Below, one piece after another: positions 30,937 to 40,811 of a DNA stretch of 64,000 nt; within the stretch, counting starts at the first letter, position 1, and each line of letters starts with the position of its first letter. The stretch spans positions 17,928 to 81,927 of the forward strand of contig JBNRMN010000092.1 of NCBI GenBank assembly GCA_050309605.1. Direction: 5' to 3'. The notes beneath the pieces are model-generated. The model had not been told where the DNA came from. It saw only the letters and a list, made by a program, of their open reading frames with translations, and made no database searches. The position numbers and the translations under genes were made by a program. The stretch comes from Anaerohalosphaeraceae bacterium (GTDB taxonomy: Bacteria > Planctomycetota > Phycisphaerae > Sedimentisphaerales > Anaerohalosphaeraceae).

Positions 30937-31593
30937 ATGACAGCAGGATTTATGATGGATACAAATACAATGGTCAATAAACCTGAAAAAGGAATCATTC
31001 GGCATATTCCCAATGCCCTGACAGTCGGCAGACTGATTTTGACGCTGATCTTTTTGGGGATGATTCTGTATGCGCCGAAACTGGAGCAGGACAAACCCGC
31101 CGCCTATTTAATGGGAGCGTTCGTCTTGTTTGTGGTGGCCGGTCTGACGGATATTGTCGATGGCCATCTGGCACGAAAATATGAGGTAACCAGCCGGTTC
31201 GGTCGAACGGTGGATCCGCTGGCCGACAAGATTCTGGTCTGCGGGACGTTTTTTTGTTTTGCGATGGTCGCCCAGCCGCGTCTGGCCGGTTTCGGCTTTT
31301 CCGATACGACGCTTCATGTGATTCGCTGGGGGACGGCGGTCATTCTTTTTGCGCGGGAGGTGGCGGTGCAGACGCTGCGGCACATCGCCGAGTCGCACGG
31401 CGTCAACTTCGGTGCTGTGGTCTATGGCAAAATCAAGATGTTCCTGCAATCGTTCGGCATCGGCACGGTGCTGATCGGCTGGGCGTTTGTCTCGCGTCCG
31501 TGGGGCGATTGGTTTACGTTGGTCACGTATTTTTTGATGGTCGTCGCGACTGTGTTGTCCGGGATCCATGCACTCCGACGCGTCCGACACTGA
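30937..31593 (+). CDS. pgsA: CDP-alcohol phosphatidyltransferase (PGP synthase-like)
   Basis: IPNALTVGR, TDIVDGHLARK..VTSRFGRTVDPLADK, GKIKM; follows rimO as is common. Confidence 0.85.
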   Translation: MTAGFMMDTNTMVNKPEKGIIRHIPNALTVGRLILTLIFLGMILYAPKLEQDKPAAYLMGAFVLFVVAGLTDIVDGHLARKYEVTSRFGRTVDPLADKILVCGTFFCFAMVAQPRLAGFGFSDTTLHVIRWGTAVILFAREVAVQTLRHIAESHGVNFGAVVYGKIKMFLQSFGIGTVLIGWAFVSRPWGDWFTLVTYFLMVVATVLSGIHALRRVRH

Positions 31594-31684
31594 TGGTTAT
31601 GCGGCACGGATTGGCCGGTTTCTTTGAACCGTCATCACAAATCCGAATAACCGTGTCGCCTGCAAACGGTTGGAATGCAGAAAC

Positions 31685-31719
31685 AAAAAAGGCCGGCTCT
31701 CAGTGAACCGGCCTTTTTT
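31685..31719. terminator. Bidirectional intrinsic terminator
   Basis: AAAAAAGGCCGG-ctctcagtgaa-CCGGCCTTTTTT. Confidence 0.85.
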
Positions 31720-31749
31720 CTGTTAAGGCACTCAATGAAGTGTTTAGAC

Positions 31750-32547
31750 TTAGAAGCCCAAACTGTAGGTCAATCCGCAGAACAGATAATCCTTTTTGTT
31801 GTCATTCAGGGTGCGAGTGAACATGTTCTGGAAATACACCGCAGGCGTCAGCGTGCCGCCGGTCAGGGGGCACTGCATATCCGCTTTCAGACCCCAGAGC
31901 ATATGCGTCCAGCCATTGATGACGCTCTTATCCACGACGCCGTCGTTATAGACAATATCCCAGGAGAAGGTCATCGGAACATCGGGCACTTCATTCAGCG
32001 TAAAGTTATAGTCCGCACCGACTTGAACGATGCTGCCGCTGGCAAAGCTCAGAGGTGTGCCATCGGGAGCGGTGCTTCTGCCGCTGCGGGCCTGCCACAG
32101 ATAGTAGTAGTTCACGTGAGGAACCAGGCCGGCGCCGACGAGATTCGGCATATCCATCTCCAGGAAGACTTCCTGATAGTCCACACCCTTGGACGGCATA
32201 TCGATCAAATCATAGTACCGCCATCCGAGTGTGTAGTCGGTTTTCAGGCAATCGCCTTCGAGAACGCTGCCGCCATAGTACAGCGTGTACTGATATTCCG
32301 TGGCGTTGACGGTGCCGGCATTGTGACCGTAAGCTGCCAGCAGGTTGGCGCCGAAACCGCCGCCCAGGTCAAAATCCACACTGGGCTTCCACACCGGCGA
32401 GCTGCCCATTTTGTTGTAGCCCCGCCAGATGTACCGGCTCATGTATTCGACGTCCACCGTGACGCCGACATCCGTGCCGAACACATCTACGGCGCTTGCT
32501 GCGGGAACCAATCCACACAGTACCACCATTGCTAACATTTTCTTCAT
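31750..32547 (-). CDS. Putative outer-membrane beta-barrel protein (TorF/Gcw_chp-like porin)
   Basis: Signal peptide; early SRYIWRG motif; aromatic alternating strands; C-terminal GLTYSLGF beta-signal. Confidence 0.7.
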   Translation of the reverse strand: MKKMLAMVVLCGLVPAASAVDVFGTDVGVTVDVEYMSRYIWRGYNKMGSSPVWKPSVDFDLGGGFGANLLAAYGHNAGTVNATEYQYTLYYGGSVLEGDCLKTDYTLGWRYYDLIDMPSKGVDYQEVFLEMDMPNLVGAGLVPHVNYYYLWQARSGRSTAPDGTPLSFASGSIVQVGADYNFTLNEVPDVPMTFSWDIVYNDGVVDKSVINGWTHMLWGLKADMQCPLTGGTLTPAVYFQNMFTRTLNDNKKDYLFCGLTYSLGF

Positions 32548-32778
32548 TTTCGATCTCCTTTCAAAAACAGTGTTTTTTCCTTACGTTTTGCCGTCGTTTA
32601 CTAACCGTTTTCTTGTCAGGCCTTAACAATATACTCACTGAAAGTGTATCGGCATACGAACCGAAATCAACCAAAAAATTTTTCTTTTTTTGTGGAATGG
32701 CGGTCAATTTTCACCCGATTTTGGCCGATTTTGCTTTCGATACGACCCATCGAGTGAATTTGTTCACGTATTGAGCGA

Positions 32779-34215
32779 TTATTTCTGCGGAGAAAACAGA
32801 TCTCTGGCCTGCCCGACCAGATAAAAACTGCCCGTAACGCAGATTAAATCTTCCCGTGTGACCGCGCTGCGGGCGATGCGGAGTGCCTCGCGCAGCGTCA
32901 TCGCGGTCTGGCACATCTTGCCGCAGATGTCGGTGTACATCTCAGCCAGATCGCTCGGAAAAACGGCTTTGGGTGAATTGCTGCGTGTGAAAATGACCTT
33001 ATCGGCCCCGTATTGCAGCTCGGAAAGCATCCCTCGTACATCTTTATCGGCATTGCACCCGAAAATAAAGATCAGCGAATCGTAGGGGATATGCTGTCCG
33101 ATCGCCTGGATCAGAGCGCGGATGCTGGCGGCGTTATGGGCGGCATCGACGAGGATCCGCGGATCGTCGCACAGCATTTCCATCCGTCCGATAAGGGAGA
33201 CGCCCAGCAGGCCGGTAACGGCTTTTTCGTCGTCAATCGTGTAGCCTTGCGCCTTTAACCGATCCAGCATCGCCAACGCCAGGCCGCAATTGATGGCCTG
33301 ATGCTCGCCCGGCAATGGAACCCGAAGGTGTTCAAAGCGGCTGGTCGGCGTAGTCAGACAAATGCGGGTGTGCGGCCCGTGTTCGCGAGATGACTCAAAC
33401 CGATAGGAAAAGTCAATATCTTTGCCCGTGACGGTAAACGGCGCTTTGAGGCTGGACGCCTGCTTTTTGAGGATTTTCATCGTAACGGGGTCTTGTTCCA
33501 CGGTGACCACGGGAATTCCTTTTTTGATCACGCCGGCCTTTTCTTTGGCGATACTGTCCAGCGTATTGCCCAGCAGATTCTGATGGTCCAGACTGATGCT
33601 CGTAATCCCCACCACTTCCGGCATAATGACATTGGTGCTGTCCAGTCGGCCGCCCAGGCCGGTTTCGATGATGGCGATATCCACTTTGTGATCGCTGAAA
33701 TGCAGAAACGCAATCGCCGTGAGGATTTCGAAAAAAGTGGGACGGTCGTCTTGACCATCGGTTTTTTTCAGTATCGGATAGACCCGATTGAGTAAATCTA
33801 AAAACTCTTTTCGCGTAATCAATTGCGAATTGACCGCGATCCGCTCATGCAGACTGGTCACGTGCGGCGAGGTATAAAGCCCGACTTTGTACCCGTTGGC
33901 CTCCATCATCTTGGCCAGCATCGCGGCGGTGGAGCCTTTGCCCTTGGTGCCGGCAATATGCACACACTTGATTTTTTTGTGCGGATTGCCCAGCCCTTTG
34001 AGCAGATTGTTCATCCGATCCAGGTCAAACGTCGTTACATTGTAGCGAAGCCGCTGCTGCTTTTCATAATCGGTCGTCTTAAACAGGTATTCCATCGCCT
34101 GCTCATAGGTCCGAAACGCTTTGCTGGTCCGTTTGACCTTCGCCGCCGAAGTTGAGGACTTGCGGGTGGTGGTTTTCGCCGTCTTTTTGGTATTGGATTT
34201 TTTTATTAGTGCCAT
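32779..34215 (-). CDS. folC: Bifunctional folylpolyglutamate/dihydrofolate synthase
   Basis: HIAGTKGKGST, YTSPH, TFFEILT, ETGLGGRLDSTN, EKAGVIK, DAAHN, TGSFYLVG. Confidence 0.95.
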   Translation of the reverse strand: MALIKKSNTKKTAKTTTRKSSTSAAKVKRTSKAFRTYEQAMEYLFKTTDYEKQQRLRYNVTTFDLDRMNNLLKGLGNPHKKIKCVHIAGTKGKGSTAAMLAKMMEANGYKVGLYTSPHVTSLHERIAVNSQLITRKEFLDLLNRVYPILKKTDGQDDRPTFFEILTAIAFLHFSDHKVDIAIIETGLGGRLDSTNVIMPEVVGITSISLDHQNLLGNTLDSIAKEKAGVIKKGIPVVTVEQDPVTMKILKKQASSLKAPFTVTGKDIDFSYRFESSREHGPHTRICLTTPTSRFEHLRVPLPGEHQAINCGLALAMLDRLKAQGYTIDDEKAVTGLLGVSLIGRMEMLCDDPRILVDAAHNAASIRALIQAIGQHIPYDSLIFIFGCNADKDVRGMLSELQYGADKVIFTRSNSPKAVFPSDLAEMYTDICGKMCQTAMTLREALRIARSAVTREDLICVTGSFYLVGQARDLFSPQK

Positions 34216-34546
34216 AATCTGAATTATCCTATCATAATAATGCAATACAGTCAATTAAATCCTTTTGCCGGAGGTGATGACGGACGATTTAAGGCCGCAT
34301 GTCAATGTCATAAATGCCTTTTTTATAAAAGCATAAAACAATATTCACAAACTTTGAGAAATTTCTGTTAAACGGCCACTTTGATCATTTCTGCTTATTT
34401 TACAATATGTTTTTCTAATAACAAAAAGGTCCGGATAAAGCGGCATTGGCAAGAAATGGCTTGCAAGCGGCCAAGGTGTGGGGTACGATAGCCCCGTTTT
34501 TGAGGCAAGGAACCATTACTTTAAATTTTTACTAAAAAGGGAAAAT

Positions 34547-36568
34547 ATGGCGGAAACTGCAAAAAAGACAGGTTTAACACCGTTGGACGAATTGTGTGTG
34601 CAGACTATCCGGTTTTTATCGGCCGAAGGTGTGCAGGCGGCCAAATCCGGCCATCCGGGGATGCCGATGGGTATGGCGGCTGCGGCCTATGCGCTCTGGA
34701 TGCGGCATCTTCGGCACAACCCGGCCGACCCGAAATGGATGAACCGCGATCGCTTTGTCCTCTCGGCCGGGCACGGCAGTATGCTGCTGTATTCGCTGCT
34801 GCATCTGTGCGGCTACGATCTGTCGCTGGATGAACTCAAGCGATTCCGTCAATGGGGCAGCAAGACCGCCGGCCATCCGGAATACGGCCTGACACCCGGC
34901 GTAGAGGCAACGACCGGCCCGCTGGGACAGGGTATTTCCAATTCGGTGGGTATGGCGATTGCCCAAAAATATCTGGCCGCCCGCTACAACACCGCCGACC
35001 ACACCATCTTCGACTATATGGTCTATACGATTTGCGGCGACGGCTGTATGCAGGAAGGCATCAGCAGCGAGGCGAGCAGTCTGGCAGGCCACCTGGGGCT
35101 GGACAATCTGGTGGTCATTTATGACGACAACCATATCACGATTGACGGCCAGACCGATCTGTCGTTCAGCGAGGATGTAGCCGCGCGGTATCGGGCCTAC
35201 GGCTGGCACGTTATCGAAATCGGCGGCGACGGACAGGACATCGAAGCGCTGGACAAGGCGCTGGATTTTGCCAAGGCCCAAACCGAACGCCCGACGCTGA
35301 TTAAATTCCGTTCGCAAATCGGGTTCGGAAGTCCCACTATGCAGGGCACATCCAAGGTGCACGGCGCACCGCTCGGCGAGGATGAAATCAAGCTGATGAA
35401 AAAGCAGTTCGGCTGGGATCCGGACAACGCGTTCTATGTGCCGAAGGACGTGGCCGAGCATATGGGCCAATGCAAACCCAAGGGCCAGCAGCTTCAGGCA
35501 GAGTATCAGAAACGGCTCGACGCCTGGAGCAAAGCCAACCCGGCTCTGGCCGATGAACTCAAAGCCGCGATGGCGGGGACGGTCTCGATTGACCCGGCTG
35601 CGCTGCCGACGTTTGATGCGGATAAACCCATTGCGACCCGCGCCGCTTCAGGCAAGACGCTCGATGCGCTGATGCCCTCGATGCCGCTGGTACTGGGCGG
35701 ATCGGCGGATTTGACGCCGTCCAACAATACGCGATTCAAGGACGCCGAGGACTTTTCCAAGACCAACCGTGCCGGTCGATACATCCGTTACGGCGTCCGC
35801 GAACACGCGATGGGCGCGATTATGAACGGTATTGCGATCAGCGGTATGGTGCGTCCTTACGGCGGAACGTTTCTGGTCTTTGCCGACTATATGCGCGGGG
35901 CGGTGCGTTTGGCGTCGCTGTCGCACTATCCGACGATCTTCGTGTTTACGCACGACAGTATCGGCGTCGGCGAAGACGGCCCGACCCATCAGCCGGTGGA
36001 AACACTGGCCTCGCTGCGGGCGTTTCCGAATCTTAAGGTCTTCCGCCCGGCTGATGCCAACGAGACGGCCCGGATGTGGAAATATATCCTTGAGCATAAG
36101 GACGGCCCAATGGCCACCGCTCTGACGCGGCAGGGGCTGCCGGTTCTTGATCCGGCCAAATATCCGGGGATGAAGGATTTTGAGAAAGGCGCGTATGTGC
36201 TGATCAAGGCGGACAAGCCCGATGTGCTGCTGCTGGCGACCGGTTCGGAAGTCCAGGTGGCACTGGCTGCGGCCGAGACCCTGGCCGCCGAAGGCGTCAA
36301 GGCCCAGGTGGTCAGTATGCCGTGCTGGGAGCTGTTCGAGCAACAGGACGCGGCCTACAAAGAAAGCGTCATTCCCGCCTCAGTCAAGGCCCGCGTGGGT
36401 ATTGAGGCCGGGGTGCGGCTGGGCTGGGACCGCTGGCTGGGGCCATGCGGCGAATTTGTCGGGATGCACACGTTCGGTTCGTCGGGGCCGTTCAAGGAGT
36501 GCTTTAAACAATTCGGCTTGACCCCCGAAGCCGTTGTCGCCGCGGCCAAAAAGTCGATGAACAAGTAA
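34547..36568 (+). CDS. tkt: Transketolase
   Basis: [58 protein letters not shown]. Confidence 0.98.
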   Translation: MAETAKKTGLTPLDELCVQTIRFLSAEGVQAAKSGHPGMPMGMAAAAYALWMRHLRHNPADPKWMNRDRFVLSAGHGSMLLYSLLHLCGYDLSLDELKRFRQWGSKTAGHPEYGLTPGVEATTGPLGQGISNSVGMAIAQKYLAARYNTADHTIFDYMVYTICGDGCMQEGISSEASSLAGHLGLDNLVVIYDDNHITIDGQTDLSFSEDVAARYRAYGWHVIEIGGDGQDIEALDKALDFAKAQTERPTLIKFRSQIGFGSPTMQGTSKVHGAPLGEDEIKLMKKQFGWDPDNAFYVPKDVAEHMGQCKPKGQQLQAEYQKRLDAWSKANPALADELKAAMAGTVSIDPAALPTFDADKPIATRAASGKTLDALMPSMPLVLGGSADLTPSNNTRFKDAEDFSKTNRAGRYIRYGVREHAMGAIMNGIAISGMVRPYGGTFLVFADYMRGAVRLASLSHYPTIFVFTHDSIGVGEDGPTHQPVETLASLRAFPNLKVFRPADANETARMWKYILEHKDGPMATALTRQGLPVLDPAKYPGMKDFEKGAYVLIKADKPDVLLLATGSEVQVALAAAETLAAEGVKAQVVSMPCWELFEQQDAAYKESVIPASVKARVGIEAGVRLGWDRWLGPCGEFVGMHTFGSSGPFKECFKQFGLTPEAVVAAAKKSMNK

Positions 36569-36594
36569 AATTCGACCCGGCCCGAAGGCCCGAC

Positions 36595-36732
36595 ACCAGC
36601 GCGGCGCAACAGCGCGGGGCAATAGCGCGGCACAACAGCGCGGCCGCGCAAGCGGCCCGATACGGGATACGGATAAATGGGGCGTTTTCCAAGACGCCAG
36701 ATTATCCGGCGGCTCGCGCCGCTCGGCTGTTG
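36595..36732. repeat. Dispersed REP-pair copy after tkt
   Basis: Same two inverted palindromes as the 30.3-kb array, different central spacer, preceded by iterated AGCGCGGC(A/G)CAA units. Confidence 0.9.
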
Positions 36733-36804
36733 CTCTTTGTCGCTTCGGGGTGAAAATGGAACCGGCTGACGCCGGGAGCGGTTTTGATTATGGAGACGAT
36801 TGCT

Positions 36805-37905
36805 ATGGCAGCCAAAAAACGATTCAAACGGATTGCGGTCATGACCGGCGGGGGCGATTGTCCGGGGCTGAACGCGGTGATCCGAGCGGTGACCAAGACC
36901 GCGATCAGCCGTTACGGCGCCGAGGTCTGGGGCATTGAGGACGGCTTTCTCGGTCTGATCGAAAACCGCTTGCACCCCTTGAGTTATGAGCAGGTCAGCA
37001 ATCTGCTCACGGTCGGCGGGACCATTCTCGGCTCGTGCAACAAGTCCAATCCGTTTGCCTTTCACGTGAAAAGCGGTCGCGGATCCCGCAAAAAAGACGT
37101 TTCGGATGTATGCCTGGAGCACCTGGCGGCCAAAGACATCGAGGCGATGATCTGTATCGGCGGCGACGGCACAATGGCCTCAGCGGCGGCTTTCGCCAAA
37201 AAAGGCCTGCCGGTGATGGGCGTGCCCAAGACCATCGACAACGACGTCTGGGGAACGGATGTGACGTTTGGGTTTAATTCTGCGGTAACCACGGCCACTG
37301 ACGCCATCGACAAGGTACACACCACCGCCAGCTCGCACCATCGGGTGATGATTGTCGAGGTGATGGGCCGATACGCCGGCTGGATTGCACTGTATGCGGG
37401 TGTGGCCGGCGGGGCGGATGTGATCTTACTTCCCGAGATTCCCTACGAACTGGACAAGATTGCCGATTATGTGCACGCTCGATCCCAAAAAGGCAAACGC
37501 TTCAGCATCATCGCCGTGGCCGAAGGGGCCAAACCCAAAGGCGGCAAGCCGTTCGTGGCCAAAGTGCTCAAAGACAGCCCCGATCCGATTCGTCTGGGCG
37601 GTATCGGGACGACCCTGGCTGACCAGTTGGAAGAGATGACCGGTCGGTCGTGTCGGGCGGTGGTGCTCGGCCATGTCCAGCGCGGCGGGACGCCCACGGC
37701 ACTGGACCGAACGCTGGCCACGCAATTTGGCCACCACGCCATTGAAATGCTGATGAAAGGGCAGATCAACCGGCTGGCGGTGTTGAAAAACGGCCGGCAG
37801 GACAGCGTCCCTCTGAGCCAGGTCGCCGGACGCATCAAGACCGTCCCGAAAAACCACCCGCTCGTCCGAGCGGGCAAGGCGGTCAACACAAGTTTCGGGG
37901 TTTAA
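36805..37905 (+). CDS. pfkA: 6-phosphofructokinase (group III type; GGDG/PKTIDND, probably ATP-dependent)
   Basis: TGGGDCPGLNAVIR, GGTILGS, IGGDGT, PKTIDND, EVMGR, LGHVQRGG. Confidence 0.93.
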   Translation: MAAKKRFKRIAVMTGGGDCPGLNAVIRAVTKTAISRYGAEVWGIEDGFLGLIENRLHPLSYEQVSNLLTVGGTILGSCNKSNPFAFHVKSGRGSRKKDVSDVCLEHLAAKDIEAMICIGGDGTMASAAAFAKKGLPVMGVPKTIDNDVWGTDVTFGFNSAVTTATDAIDKVHTTASSHHRVMIVEVMGRYAGWIALYAGVAGGADVILLPEIPYELDKIADYVHARSQKGKRFSIIAVAEGAKPKGGKPFVAKVLKDSPDPIRLGGIGTTLADQLEEMTGRSCRAVVLGHVQRGGTPTALDRTLATQFGHHAIEMLMKGQINRLAVLKNGRQDSVPLSQVAGRIKTVPKNHPLVRAGKAVNTSFGV

Positions 37906-37906
37906 T

Positions 37907-38040
37907 CGCGGCGCACCAGCGCGGCACAATAGCGCGGCGGCGCAAGCCGCCCGATACGGGGATACGGGTAGATGGGGCGTTTTGCAAGTCGCCAGATTAT
38001 CCGGCGGCTTGCGCCGCTCGGCTATTGTACGATGACACAA
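37907..38040. repeat. Dispersed REP-pair copy after pfkA
   Basis: AATAGCGCGGCGGCGCAAGCCGCCCGATA...TATCCGGCGGCTTGCGCCGCTCGGCTATT; spacer nearly identical to the 36.6-kb copy. Confidence 0.9.
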
Positions 38041-38092
38041 CGCACCAGCCCGGCGGTCCGGTGGGAGGCGGTCAAGCATTGTTTGCTGCCTC

Positions 38093-38121
38093 TTGCATTT
38101 GGCCTGGGATGAGTTTATCAT
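38093..38121 (+). promoter_or_regulatory. Sigma70-type promoter, probably leaderless transcript
   Basis: TTGCAT-N17-TATCAT, 6 nt before ATG 38128, no SD. Confidence 0.6.
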
Positions 38122-38127
38122 ATCGGT

Positions 38128-39276
38128 ATGACCGCGATTATCACTCAGCCCGATACTTTTGAGAAGCTCAAAATTCTCAGCGCCGATGCGCAGTATGATC
38201 TGGCCTGTGCCTGCGGATCGGTCAAGGATGAACACCGGCGGCGGGGCGGCGACGGCAAATGGATTTATCCGGTCACGCTGCCGGACGGCGGACGGGCCAG
38301 TCTGTTCAAGATTCTGCTGTCCAATGTCTGCGGCAACGACTGCACGTACTGTCCGCTGCGGCATGATCAGGACATTCGCCGCTGTACGCTGCAGGTCGAA
38401 GAGGCCGTGCGGGTGTTTTGGGAGTATTACACGCAGGGCAAGGTCTTCGGTCTGTTCATCAGCTCCGGCGTCATCGGCACGCCCGATGCCACGATGGAAC
38501 GGATCAACGCCATCGCCCGTCTGCTGCGCAGCCGCTATCGATTTGGCGGCTACATTCATCTGAAAATCATCCCCGGCGCCGGGCTTGCGGCCATTGAGGA
38601 GGCGGTGCGGCTGGCCTCGGCGGTATCGCTGAATATCGAGACACCGGGGGCGGAATTTTTGGCCAACGTCTCGGCCAAAAAAAACTTTCTGCGGGACATT
38701 ATTGAGCCGATCAAACGCATCAGCCAACTGGTGCAGGAGCCGAATGCGTTTCGGCGGCATGTGCACCAGACCACCCAGTTCATTGTCGGGGCCGCCGGCG
38801 AGAGCGACCGCCGCATCGTGCGTTATATGGAAGGGCTGTACCGACGGCTTCGGATGCATCGGGTCTATTTCAGCGCCTATCAGGGCGGCCTGGGTGATCC
38901 GGAATTGCCCGGCGAACGAACCGCATCAGGACACGATCGCCTGACACGGGAACACAGGTTGTATCAGGTTGATTTTCTCATGCGAAAATACGGCTTCCAC
39001 GATACGGAAATCCCCTTCGACGGCAATGACCGTCTGCCGCTGGACAAAGACCCCAAAGAGGCCTGGGCACAGCTTCATCCGGAATGTTTCCCCGTGGACA
39101 TCAACCGCGCCGACCGCGAAACGCTGCTGCGCGTGCCGGGGTTGGGGCCGGTGACCGTGCGAACCATTCTCAAACGCCGCCGACAAGGCCGTCTGACCGA
39201 CATCACCGACATCGGCGCACCCAACAAACTCCTGAGCAAAGCCGCCGGATACCTGACATTCCAAAAGAGCGATTGA
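38128..39276 (+). CDS. Putative DNA modification/repair radical SAM protein with helix-hairpin-helix (TIGR03916-like)
   Basis: KLKILSADAQYDLAC, CGNDCTYC (CxxxCxxC), GYIHLKIIPG, TQFIVGA, REHRLYQVDFLMRKYGF, LLRVPGLG. Confidence 0.9.
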   Translation: MTAIITQPDTFEKLKILSADAQYDLACACGSVKDEHRRRGGDGKWIYPVTLPDGGRASLFKILLSNVCGNDCTYCPLRHDQDIRRCTLQVEEAVRVFWEYYTQGKVFGLFISSGVIGTPDATMERINAIARLLRSRYRFGGYIHLKIIPGAGLAAIEEAVRLASAVSLNIETPGAEFLANVSAKKNFLRDIIEPIKRISQLVQEPNAFRRHVHQTTQFIVGAAGESDRRIVRYMEGLYRRLRMHRVYFSAYQGGLGDPELPGERTASGHDRLTREHRLYQVDFLMRKYGFHDTEIPFDGNDRLPLDKDPKEAWAQLHPECFPVDINRADRETLLRVPGLGPVTVRTILKRRRQGRLTDITDIGAPNKLLSKAAGYLTFQKSD

Positions 39277-39296
39277 TGCCGGTGACAAGCGAATCC

Positions 39297-40178
39297 TTAT
39301 TTTAGCGGCAGGATTTCGACGCGGCGGAACTCACAGGGATGGCTTTCGGCCTGAAGGGAGATATAGCCGCCGGTCAACAGCGTTTTGCCGTCCTTAATCA
39401 GTTTTTTCGCGTCGGCATCAGATTCGTCCAGTTGGGGCTTGTGGTATTCGAGCACAAGCTTGCCGTTGGCGTAATGACGAATCACGTCGCCGCCGCGGAC
39501 TTCCACCTCGGCGGTGACCCACTGGTCGCCGTGGAAGGTCTCGGAGCTGGATGCGATGCAGTGGCGAGTATCAAGTTTGCCGTCAATCACCACGTGCGTG
39601 CCCGGCGTGCAGACGCTGAGGGTGGGACGTTTGTTTCGACCGTCGCCGCCGAGCAGTTGGGCTTCAATGCTCACCGGAAACGACTGGTCTTTGGTCATCG
39701 TGTTCGGGTCCTGGCAATGCAGCATGATACCGCTGTTGCGAAAAGCCCACCCGGCGCCGCCGGCGACCTGCTCGCCGACAAAGCGATAGTCCACGCGGAG
39801 CCGATAATGGCTAAAGGGCGTGCGATAGAACAAATGGCCAAAGCGATTGTCGAAGGTTTTATACTGGTCGTAAGCCACCTTCAAGACGCCGTCTTCGACG
39901 CGGAATGTATTGCCGACGTTCTCGCCCAGCTTATAGCCGGTAAATTTGGGAATCCAGCCGTCCAGATTTTTGCCGTTAAATAAAGGAATCCAATTTTCTT
40001 CGGCCTTCTCTTCGGCCTTTTCGATATGGGCGTCGGCATAGACCAGGCCGCCGCACAGCAGCATCATGACCAGCCAAGTTGCGATTAACGGACGAAAAAT
40101 GACTGTATTCGAGGCGTGATCCGTGTTGTGTATCATCGTTGACCTTTCCAAATAAAGTCCCTTGTTTTTCTTTACCAT
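39297..40178 (-). CDS. DUF1080 / 3-keto-glycoside hydrolase family protein
   Basis: WIPLFNGKNLDGW, NSGIMLH, GYISLQAESHPCEFRRV; start uncertain. Confidence 0.88.
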   Translation of the reverse strand: MVKKNKGLYLERSTMIHNTDHASNTVIFRPLIATWLVMMLLCGGLVYADAHIEKAEEKAEENWIPLFNGKNLDGWIPKFTGYKLGENVGNTFRVEDGVLKVAYDQYKTFDNRFGHLFYRTPFSHYRLRVDYRFVGEQVAGGAGWAFRNSGIMLHCQDPNTMTKDQSFPVSIEAQLLGGDGRNKRPTLSVCTPGTHVVIDGKLDTRHCIASSSETFHGDQWVTAEVEVRGGDVIRHYANGKLVLEYHKPQLDESDADAKKLIKDGKTLLTGGYISLQAESHPCEFRRVEILPLK

Positions 40179-40216
40179 ACGTCAGCTTGTCCGAATTTGT
40201 TCCCGTCGGCTGCTGC

Positions 40217-40750
40217 TCAAGGGTTCGCATTGTTCTGCTGCGGAAAAATCAATGCGTCTGTCGCATAACCCCATGCGGCCGCTTTGCTTAGCAGCTCGTT
40301 AAGAATGTCATCGTCCAGTGTCGGCGTGCGCGCCAGAATCCACAAATAATGCCGAGAATGGCTGGTGACCATCGCATAGCGGTACTGTTGCCGGTCCAGT
40401 GCAATGATATGATAGTCGGCCCAGAAGGGGCGAAAGAAGCTGACCTTCAGGCTGCCGACAGTCGGATCGCCGGCCGGCCGGGCAATCGCGCGGGCGGAAC
40501 TCCATGTTTCTTTGGCATCGTGATAGCCGCGATTGAGCACGTCAATGCGCCCGTCGTCGCGCAGCGTGTATTGGGCCGTCACCTGCGACAGGCCCCGCTC
40601 GAAAGAGTGGTCCAGTCGGGCGATTTCGTACCACGTGCCCAGATACCGGTCCAGCGCGAAGTCCTGAACGACCTCAACGCCCGACGGCACACCGGAACAC
40701 CCCGCCCATACGGCCATCATCAGGGCCGAGAGGATACTGTGTTTGGCCAT
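40217..40750 (-). CDS. blc: Bacterial lipocalin (lipoprotein)
   Basis: WAGC lipobox; YLGTWYEIARLDHSFERG, LKVSFF.PF, YLWILARTP. Confidence 0.92.
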   Translation of the reverse strand: MAKHSILSALMMAVWAGCSGVPSGVEVVQDFALDRYLGTWYEIARLDHSFERGLSQVTAQYTLRDDGRIDVLNRGYHDAKETWSSARAIARPAGDPTVGSLKVSFFRPFWADYHIIALDRQQYRYAMVTSHSRHYLWILARTPTLDDDILNELLSKAAAWGYATDALIFPQQNNANP

Positions 40751-40811
40751 TTGTTTCCCTTATTGTATTTGTATGGAAAGTTTCATCACCGGCGGTCCGG
40801 CGCGACGCGCC

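Noticed and set aside
30369..30937. Repeat-protein ORFs (30369..30932 +, 30554..30937 -, 29556..30818 -)
   Set aside because: By-products of a GC-rich 123-bp (41-codon) DNA repeat. The same motif is intergenic elsewhere, and a 2-nt indel breaks the frame.
32646..32672. Sigma28 promoter for the beta-barrel gene (GCCGATAC)
   Set aside because: No TAAA-like -35 at 15 nt; better explained by an overlapping TTGATT..TACACT sigma70-type promoter.
37426..38859. 477-aa minus-strand ORF and other long antisense ORFs (e.g. 13577..14863, 48043..49212)
   Set aside because: No motifs; they lie opposite well-supported genes, as expected in high-GC DNA.
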